16,283 bases of DNA from positions 1-16,283 of the forward strand of contig JBBDRF010000076.1 in the NCBI GenBank assembly GCA_040905565.1, given 5' to 3'. This DNA is from Phycisphaeraceae bacterium. GTDB taxonomy: Bacteria > Planctomycetota > Phycisphaerae > Phycisphaerales > Zrk34. Of the stretch, positions 8,543-14,698 are shown one piece after another. Below the pieces are notes generated by a model. That model saw only the letters and a list, made by a program, of their open reading frames with translations, did not search any database and had not been told where the DNA came from. The translations under genes were made by a program, and so were the position numbers. Position 1 is the first letter of the stretch. Each line of letters starts with the position of its first letter.

Positions 8543-8571
8543 TCAACGTCGTCCCACGAATGGGCCGATAA
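8543..8571 (+). promoter_or_regulatory. Candidate sigma-28 promoter for motAB
   Basis: Perfect -10 GCCGATAA at 8564-8571. Possible -35 TCAACGTC at 8543-8550 with a 13-nt spacer (canonical is 11). Confidence 0.5.
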
Positions 8572-8616
8572 AGACTCTTGAACGGACACGCCTTGCTTTG
8601 AGGGACGGACGACGCG

Positions 8617-9399
8617 ATGGATCTCGGGATCCTCTTTGGCTTCATCGGGACATGGGTGTTGATCGCCTGGGCCATTCTGGTCGGCGGCGATATCCGTCCG
8701 TTCATCAATGCCCAGAGCATCATCCTCGTCATCGGGGCGTCAGTCACCGTCATTTTCTTTGCCGTGCCGGCCCGGAACATCAAGAGCCTGATCGCCGTGG
8801 TGAAGAAGGGGTTTTTCCACAGCGCCAAGCCGGTTGAACAGCTTATTGACGATCTGGTGTCCTATGCCGAGGTCGCCCGCCGCGACGGCATTCTGTCGCT
8901 GGAGAACACGACCAAGGACATTGACGATCCGTTCATCGTCCGCGGCATCCAGATGGCCGTCGACGGCACGGACCCGGAGCTGATCGAGCAGATCATGGAG
9001 GCCGAGCTGGAGAACCTGATTGAACGGCACGAAGTGGGCAAGGGCATGCTCGACACGCTGGGCAAATATGCCCCCGCGTTCGGGATGATTGGCACGCTCA
9101 TCGGCCTGGTGATCATGCTCGCCAACCTCGACGACCCTTCCGCCATCGGGCCCGGCATGGCGGTGGCGATCCTCACCACGCTTTACGGGGCGGTGATCGC
9201 CAACGCCATTGCGCTGCCGCTGGCCGACCGCCTGGCGAGCCGGTCGAGCGAGGAAGTGCTTTACAAGACGATCATTATCAAGGGCGTCATGGCGATCCAG
9301 AGCGGCGACAATCCGCGGATCGTCGAACAGAAGCTGCGCACCTTCCTCCCCCCCTCGGCCCGCAAGGAAACCGACGAAGAGGAACGCGACGCTGCGTAA
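8617..9399 (+). CDS. motA: Flagellar stator A subunit (MotA; PomA/MotP-like)
   Basis: ARRDGILSLE, RGIQMAVDG, APAFGMIGTLIGLV and GPGMAVAILTTLYG motifs; TM pattern. Confidence 0.96.
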   Translation: MDLGILFGFIGTWVLIAWAILVGGDIRPFINAQSIILVIGASVTVIFFAVPARNIKSLIAVVKKGFFHSAKPVEQLIDDLVSYAEVARRDGILSLENTTKDIDDPFIVRGIQMAVDGTDPELIEQIMEAELENLIERHEVGKGMLDTLGKYAPAFGMIGTLIGLVIMLANLDDPSAIGPGMAVAILTTLYGAVIANAIALPLADRLASRSSEEVLYKTIIIKGVMAIQSGDNPRIVEQKLRTFLPPSARKETDEEERDAA

Positions 9400-9400
9400 C

Positions 9401-9472
9401 TGTTAGCCGCGAAGCCAAGCGGAGGGCGGTTCAAATCCGACAAGCGCGCTCCGCTTCGCTTCGCGGCTAACA
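9401..9472. repeat. 72-bp inverted-repeat (REPIN/MITE-like) element
   Basis: Left arm 9401-9428 TGTTAGCCGCGAAGCCAAGCGGAGGGCG matches the reverse complement of 9445-9472 (TGTTAGCCGCGAAGCGAAGCGGAGCGCG) at 26/28; 16-nt loop. Confidence 0.85.
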
Positions 9473-9485
9473 CAGCTTGAAATCC

Positions 9486-10238
9486 ATGGCCAAGCGCGAA
9501 AAAAAGCAGGAAGAAGGCGCTCCGTTGTGGGTCATGACCTACGGTGACATGATGTCGCTGCTGCTGGTGTTTTTCATCATGCTCGTCGCCCTCTCGGAAA
9601 TCCCCGAGCAGGATGAGTTCGAAGCCCTCATGGCCGAGATCAAAAAGGCCTTCGGCATGCAGGGCGGCGGCGGCCGACTGCCCACCGACCAAGACCCGGA
9701 GTTGTCGCTGATCAAGCTGCTGGAACAGCTGCAGCTCCAGCAGCAGCGCGAGCCTGAGAAGTCGCACGTGGACGACCCGGGCATCGACGGCCGGGACACC
9801 ACCGTTACGCAGGTCCGAGAAGGCATGCGATTTCTTGTCGGCGGACATATCACGTTCGAGCCCGGATCAGCCGATCTAACAGACGGGGCCCGGCGTCAAT
9901 TGCGCCAGGTCGCCGACATGACGCGCGGCTATGAGAACATCATCGAGCTGCGTGGTCACGCCGCCGCCAGCGAACGCGAAATCGTTGGCAGGCCAGGCGA
10001 TACGTTCAGCGACCTGTGGCTGCTCAGCCACGTTCGGGCCCACGCGGTGATGCGGTACCTCACCAGCGACGAGGTGGGCATTCGGCGGGATCGCATCCGC
10101 CTGATCGCCAACGCCGACCGTGAGCCGCTGGTGCAGCGTCGCTATGCGGGGCACCAGACCCAGCCCAACCGCCGGGTCGAAGTGCTTGTCACTGAAGCCC
10201 TTGTCGTCGAGTTCACGGAACCGAGCTCGGCCCACTAG
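9486..10238 (+). CDS. motB: Flagellar stator B subunit (MotB/PomB/MotS family) with OmpA-like domain
   Basis: WVMTYGDMMSLLLVFFIML TM motif with the catalytic Asp (codon 9546-9548); FEPGSADL, LSHVRA and NRRVEV OmpA-like motifs. ATG 9486 is preferred over TTG 9477. Confidence 0.94.
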   Translation: MAKREKKQEEGAPLWVMTYGDMMSLLLVFFIMLVALSEIPEQDEFEALMAEIKKAFGMQGGGGRLPTDQDPELSLIKLLEQLQLQQQREPEKSHVDDPGIDGRDTTVTQVREGMRFLVGGHITFEPGSADLTDGARRQLRQVADMTRGYENIIELRGHAAASEREIVGRPGDTFSDLWLLSHVRAHAVMRYLTSDEVGIRRDRIRLIANADREPLVQRRYAGHQTQPNRRVEVLVTEALVVEFTEPSSAH

Positions 10239-10284
10239 CACGGACGCCGGCCGCGACGCCTGTGACCGAAAGAACGATTGCATC

Positions 10285-10806
10285 ATGCCGGACAACGACC
10301 CCCAGACCGAAGAAAAACCCAAGGGCGGGTTTTCCATTAAGACGCTCCTGGTCCTCGTGGTGATCCTCGCGCTGGAAGGGGCTGCGATCTCGGCGGTGTT
10401 CCTGCTCAGCGGCGGCCCGGAAGATGCGCGCGCCCAAGGGGCTGCGGAGGATGCGGCCGCGCTCGCCGAGGAGCCGGTCGAGGTGCTGGTGATTGCCGAC
10501 AAGTTTCAGAACACCCGTACTGGTCGGTCGTATCTCTACGACGCGGAAATCTACATCGTGACGCAGCGCCGCTACCGCGATTCGATCGAAAAGAGCATTG
10601 ATTCGATGGACGCGCAGCTGACCAGCGACGTCGCGACGATTTTCCGCCGTGCCGAGCCGGCCCACCTGCTTGAGCCGGAGCTGGCGACCCTGACACGTCA
10701 GCTTGAAGCGGCGATGAACCGTCGGATCGGGCAGGACGAAGCGGGCGAGCCGTTGGTGCAGGAAGTGCTCGTGCGCAAGCTGATGCGGTTCCGCGGCGAC
10801 ATGTAA
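10285..10806 (+). CDS. fliL: Flagellar basal body-associated FliL-like protein
   Basis: Short charged N-terminus, single TM helix (KTLLVLVVILALEGAAISAVFLL), C-terminal ...LEAAMNRRIG...VQEVLV; position after motB. ATG 10285 chosen because upstream starts overlap motB. Confidence 0.72.
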   Translation: MPDNDPQTEEKPKGGFSIKTLLVLVVILALEGAAISAVFLLSGGPEDARAQGAAEDAAALAEEPVEVLVIADKFQNTRTGRSYLYDAEIYIVTQRRYRDSIEKSIDSMDAQLTSDVATIFRRAEPAHLLEPELATLTRQLEAAMNRRIGQDEAGEPLVQEVLVRKLMRFRGDM

Positions 10807-10944
10807 AGACGAAGTGGCAGGTTTTTGCGTTCAAGTTTCAGGTTGTGTCCCCGTGCGGCCCGATGGTGAACACGGACCTGCTCCGTGAAGCAGGCGCAGG
10901 CCTGTTACACGGGCGATGGACTTTTCACGCGAACGAGGACGATC

Positions 10945-11463
10945 ATGGCCGATCAACCCCAGGGCAAGGACACGCCCGACCAAGCCGACGCGTCGCAGCC
11001 GACGCCTCCCGCCGACAAGGCGACATCCAACGCGGACGCCTCGGTGGATGAGGCACTCGAGGCGGCCAGCGCGTCGTTGGATGAAATCAAGGCGACTGTC
11101 GAAAGCTCGACAGGCGAACAGGGCGACGCCGACGCGGACATGGCGGAAGGCGATGCGGCCGCTCCGGGGGCGAGTCTGGACCTGCTCGGCGATGTCGAGT
11201 TGGACGTGATGATCGAGCTGGGCCGTACGGAGATGCTGGTCGAGGACGTGCTCAAGCTTCAGGCGGGCAGCGTGGTCGAGCTGGACAAGCTCGCGGGCGA
11301 CCCGGTGGACGTGTACGTCAACGGCCGACTGGTGGCGCGCGGTGAGGTGCTGGTGCTCAACGACAATTTCTGTATTCGCATCAGCGAGGTGCTCGCCGAC
11401 CTGGAACAGGAGGCCGAGGCCGCGGTGGAAGCGCAGCAGGTCGAAGCGAGCAAGGACAGTTAG
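10945..11463 (+). CDS. fliN: Flagellar motor switch protein FliN
   Basis: SpoA domain [18 protein letters not shown]...[41 protein letters not shown]; acidic N-terminal extension; GAGGA RBS before ATG 10945. Confidence 0.95.
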   Translation: MADQPQGKDTPDQADASQPTPPADKATSNADASVDEALEAASASLDEIKATVESSTGEQGDADADMAEGDAAAPGASLDLLGDVELDVMIELGRTEMLVEDVLKLQAGSVVELDKLAGDPVDVYVNGRLVARGEVLVLNDNFCIRISEVLADLEQEAEAAVEAQQVEASKDS

Positions 11464-11483
11464 CCGCGAAGCGCAGCGGAGCG
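11459..11483 (+). repeat. Single-arm copy of the 9401-9472 repeat, overlapping the fliN stop codon
   Basis: GTTAGCCGCGAAGCGCAGCGGAGCG is 24/25 identical to the reverse-complemented right arm of the 9401-9472 element. Its TAG (11461-11463) is the fliN stop. Confidence 0.8.
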
Positions 11484-11534
11484 GGACGCGCCTTCCGCGT
11501 TGAACATCGTTCCACGATTTTCCCCATCACAAAT

Positions 11535-11564
11535 TACAGTTCGCCCCCCGCTTGTCGCCGATAG
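11535..11564 (+). promoter_or_regulatory. Candidate sigma-28 promoter upstream of fliO
   Basis: -10-like GCCGATAG at 11557-11564; weak -35-like TACAGTTC at 11535-11542 with a 14-nt spacer, in an AT-richer patch. Confidence 0.35.
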
Positions 11565-11675
11565 GTAACGACAGCGCGGCAAGCAATTGTTGCGCGTCCT
11601 GTCGCGAGCGGAGCTCGTGCGACGGGGGGTCATTGAAACGTCGGCGCTGGATGCGTCGAAGAGAAGTCACCGGCC

Positions 11676-12590
11676 ATGGAGGGCCGAACGGTGCACGCGT
11701 GGACACATACCCTCGCTCTGGCCGGCGCGCTGTTGATCGGCAGCGCGGCCATGGGGGACGATGCGCAACCGCGACCTGCTTCGGCCAACGACAGCGCGTC
11801 GATGACCGTCGACCCGCCGACGCCCGACGCCGAAGCCACTCCGCCGACGAACCGTCGCGATCTGTCCGAACTCGCACGCGCCCTGGCGGAACCGCGAAAC
11901 AACGTTGCCGACGCACCGCAGCGCGACGCCTCGGCCGACGAGCCCGCGGCGACGCCGACCTCCATCCTCACCGCGACGGACGAGGGCAACGCAACTGCCT
12001 CCGCCACGGATGTCGCTTCACGCGAAAATGAATCGCTCGGCGCGGCCAGTGACCGGCCACGCCAACAAAACGACAGCAGCGGCCTGTTCAGCGGCACCGG
12101 CTCGGCCACGCTCAACACCCTCACCGCCCTGGGTATCGTCATCGGCCTGATCCTGCTGCTGCGGTGGGGGTGGACGAAGTTCACCGGCCACCCGACCATC
12201 CGACCCAGCCCCCTCATCGAAGTGCTCGCCCGCACGCCCGTCGCCCCGCGCAACCACATCCTGCTCGTCCGCATCGGCAATCGCGTGCTCATCGTCGGCG
12301 ATTCCGCAGCCGGCCTGCGCACCCTCGCCAGCGTCGACGACCCTGACGAGATCGCCGATCTGCTCACGGCCGTCACCGCTTCTCAGGAAAGCTCCGTCAG
12401 CAAGGGCTTTAACCAACTGCTCGGCCGATTCAACCATGACTACGACGGCGACGGCGAAACACCCACCGACCTCCGCTTCGACGATGAAGGCGGCGACGGC
12501 CGCGAACACCTTGTCGACCGTGCCCGCGACTCCATGAGCGGGCTGATGTCGCGCTTGCGCGTCATGGCCGGGAAGGGGGGCGGCTCGTGA
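11676..12590 (+). CDS. fliO: Flagellar biosynthesis protein FliO/FliZ, with long N-terminal extension
   Basis: TM helix (TLTALGIVIGLILLLRW) followed by IEVLARTPVAPRNHILLVRIGNRVLIVGDS..GLRTLA, the FliO core; lies between fliN and fliP. Confidence 0.85.
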   Translation: MEGRTVHAWTHTLALAGALLIGSAAMGDDAQPRPASANDSASMTVDPPTPDAEATPPTNRRDLSELARALAEPRNNVADAPQRDASADEPAATPTSILTATDEGNATASATDVASRENESLGAASDRPRQQNDSSGLFSGTGSATLNTLTALGIVIGLILLLRWGWTKFTGHPTIRPSPLIEVLARTPVAPRNHILLVRIGNRVLIVGDSAAGLRTLASVDDPDEIADLLTAVTASQESSVSKGFNQLLGRFNHDYDGDGETPTDLRFDDEGGDGREHLVDRARDSMSGLMSRLRVMAGKGGGS

Positions 12591-13471
12591 CCAGATTGCC
12601 CGTTCCACGTTTCAGAGTTCAGTCAGCCGCTTGCGGCTTAGCGATCCTGTGCTGCCTGCTGCTGTTCCCGACATCTGCATCGGCCCAGTCGGACGGCGAA
12701 AATCTCGACCCGTTCAACCCGCTCTCGATTCTCGAAAACGCCACGCGGGCCCTGCCGATCGACGGCGGAGAGGCGGCGGGCGAGGACGGCGACGGCGAGG
12801 GAACCACGCTCAGCGCCACGCTCTCGGTCATGCTGCTGTTGTCGGTGCTGTCGCTGGCGCCGGCGATCCTGGTGATGTGCACCAGCTTCACGCGCATCGT
12901 GGTGGTGCTGGCGCTGCTGCGGCAGGCGATTGGCACGCAGGCGCTGCCGCCGTCGCAGGTGATCGTCGGCCTGTCGCTGTTCATGACGTTTCTGGTGATG
13001 GCCCCGACGTTCGAGCGGATCAACACCCACGCGCTTCAGCCGTTGCAGAACAACGAGATCGGCGAACTGGAGGCGTGGGAAGCGGCGAAGCAGCCGGTGC
13101 GCGATTTCATGTTCGATCAGATCGAGTATGCGGGCAACTGGGACAATCTTTACATGATCCTGAATTACCGGGGGGTCGACACCAGTGAGCCTGAGAATCT
13201 CAGGCGGGCGGACGTGGACATGCTGTCGCTGATTCCCGCGTTCGTGCTCAGCGAGTTGAAGGTGGCGTTTCTGATCGGGTTCAGGCTGTACCTGCCGTTT
13301 CTGATTATCGACATGGTGGTGGCGAGCGTGTTGATCTCGATGGGCATGCTGATGCTGCCGCCGATCCTGATCAGCCTGCCGTTCAAGCTGCTGCTGTTTG
13401 TGCTGGTGGATGGGTGGATGCTCGTAGCGGGCAATCTGCTCAACAGCTTTGCCGTGCCGGGAGCGACGTAG
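12587..13471 (+). CDS. fliP: Flagellar export gate protein FliP
   Basis: LSLAPAILVMCTSFTRIVVVL..LRQAIG, PAFVLSELK.AF.IGF..YLPFLIIDMVVAS.L.SMGM.MLPP..ISLPFKLLLFVLVDGW; signal-peptide-like N-terminus; GTG start overlaps the fliO stop. Confidence 0.97.
   Translation: MTRLPVPRFRVQSAACGLAILCCLLLFPTSASAQSDGENLDPFNPLSILENATRALPIDGGEAAGEDGDGEGTTLSATLSVMLLLSVLSLAPAILVMCTSFTRIVVVLALLRQAIGTQALPPSQVIVGLSLFMTFLVMAPTFERINTHALQPLQNNEIGELEAWEAAKQPVRDFMFDQIEYAGNWDNLYMILNYRGVDTSEPENLRRADVDMLSLIPAFVLSELKVAFLIGFRLYLPFLIIDMVVASVLISMGMLMLPPILISLPFKLLLFVLVDGWMLVAGNLLNSFAVPGAT
12625..12643 (-). repeat. REP-like palindromic repeat (copy 2), inside the fliP 5' coding region
   Basis: AGCCGCTTGCGGCTTAGCG is the exact reverse complement of 1303-1321 and encodes AACGLA in the FliP frame. 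Confidence 0.75.
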
Positions 13472-13496
13472 CGATGACCTTGCGGAGAAGTAAGCA

Positions 13497-13751
13497 ATGA
13501 CTGTGGACCAGGCGATCGACGTCGTGCGTGAAGCACTGTCGTTGATGTTGATGCTCAGCTTCCCCATTCTCGCTGCGGCGCTGGTGGTGGGCCTGGTCGT
13601 GAGCATCATGCAGGCGGTGACGCAGGTGCAGGAGCAGACGCTGAGTTTCGTGCCCAAGATCCTGGGCATGGGGGCGATGGCGATCCTCGCGTTGCCCTGG
13701 ATGACGTTGCAGCTGCTGGATTTCGCGGAGCGGATGTTCGCGGGTTATTAG
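13497..13751 (+). CDS. fliQ: Flagellar export gate protein FliQ
   Basis: P.L..ALVVGLVVSIMQAVTQVQEQTLSFVPK motif; 84 aa. Confidence 0.97.
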   Translation: MTVDQAIDVVREALSLMLMLSFPILAAALVVGLVVSIMQAVTQVQEQTLSFVPKILGMGAMAILALPWMTLQLLDFAERMFAGY

Positions 13752-13763
13752 CGTTTTTGGACG

Positions 13764-13787
13764 GTGGTGTTCGCACCACGCTTTTTT
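13764..13787 (+). terminator. Intrinsic terminator-like hairpin between fliQ and fliR
   Basis: GTGGTG-TTCG-CACCAC stem-loop (13764-13779) followed by GC and T6 (13782-13787). Confidence 0.5.
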
Positions 13788-13817
13788 GAATGGCGAAGGT
13801 CATGGAGGACCAACTGA

Positions 13818-14624
13818 TTGGGCGGCGACCTACGACCCCTGCTCGACCACCTGCCCGCGTGGCTGCTGGTGCTGTTCCGGCTCAGCGGCATCTTTCTGCT
13901 TGCGCCGGTGCTGGGCAGCCCGGCGGTACTGCGGCAGGTGAAGGTGTTTCTCGTGATCGGGCTGTCGTTCTGCGTCTATCCGATGCTGTTGGACCCGGGT
14001 CGGCCGTCGGCGGCGATGATCTCGCCGTTGATCGGGACCGAGCCGTCGCTGATCGGTCTCGTCGCGGCGATCGGGCTGGAACTGGCGATCGGCCTGGCGA
14101 TCGGCTACTGCGCGAGCCTGCCGCTCATCGCCATGCAGATCGGCGGCCAGCTCATCGACCAGCAGGTGTTCCCCGGCTCGGCGGGCGTGTTCAACCCCGA
14201 CCTCAACGAGCAATCCACCATCATGGGCGAGATGATGTTCCTCACCGCCCTGGCGATCTTCGTCATCCTCGGCGGCATCCAGGCGATGCTCGCCGCGCTG
14301 ATCGGCAGCTTCGACCATATTCCCCCCGGCGGGTTCACGGATTTCGACTCGATGCTGCACCTGGTCGTGGGCATGCTCACCTCCGCGTTCGAGATCGGCT
14401 TGCGCATCGCGGCGCCGCTGTTGTGCCTGATCTTTCTGGAAACACTGGCGATGGGCTTCATCGCCCGCACCGTGCCGGGGATCAACATCCTGAGCATCGG
14501 CTTCGCCATCCGCACCGTCATTGGCGGCATCGTGCTGGTGATGGGGATGAGCGTGATGGTGGGCATCTACATCGACGGCCTGCAGGACATGATGCGACGC
14601 CTGCTCGGCATCTTTGCGTGGTAG
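13818..14624 (+). CDS. fliR: Flagellar export gate protein FliR
   Basis: LFRLSGIFLLAPVLG, ELAIGLAIG, G.LIDQQ, GSFDHIPPG, AAP and GFIARTVPGINIL motifs; TTG start with GGAGGA 8 nt upstream. Confidence 0.93.
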   Translation: MGGDLRPLLDHLPAWLLVLFRLSGIFLLAPVLGSPAVLRQVKVFLVIGLSFCVYPMLLDPGRPSAAMISPLIGTEPSLIGLVAAIGLELAIGLAIGYCASLPLIAMQIGGQLIDQQVFPGSAGVFNPDLNEQSTIMGEMMFLTALAIFVILGGIQAMLAALIGSFDHIPPGGFTDFDSMLHLVVGMLTSAFEIGLRIAAPLLCLIFLETLAMGFIARTVPGINILSIGFAIRTVIGGIVLVMGMSVMVGIYIDGLQDMMRRLLGIFAW

Positions 14625-14625
14625 G

Positions 14626-14660
14626 GGCAGGCGGCAGAGGACAGACGGCAGAGGGCGGTG
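14626..14660. repeat. Heptamer tandem array (GGCAGGC/GGCAGAG/GACAGAC/GGCAGAG/GGCGGTG)
   Basis: 7-nt periodicity directly after the fliR stop. Shares CAGGCGGCAG (14628-14637) with 8451-8460. Confidence 0.65.
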
Positions 14661-14698
14661 CAAACACGCCCCGCGAACGAGAAACGCTTTAACGAATT

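Noticed and set aside
10120..10284. Extended N-terminus of the fliL ORF in the ORF track
   Set aside because: Overlaps the motB 3' end; ATG 10285 gives a typical FliL architecture.
13790..14692. 300-aa + strand ORF overlapping fliR (ATG 13790/13802), suggesting a possible frameshifted fliR start
   Set aside because: The translation is Arg/Gly/Pro-rich off-frame sequence. fliR has its own TTG with a well-spaced GGAGGA, so no frameshift is needed.
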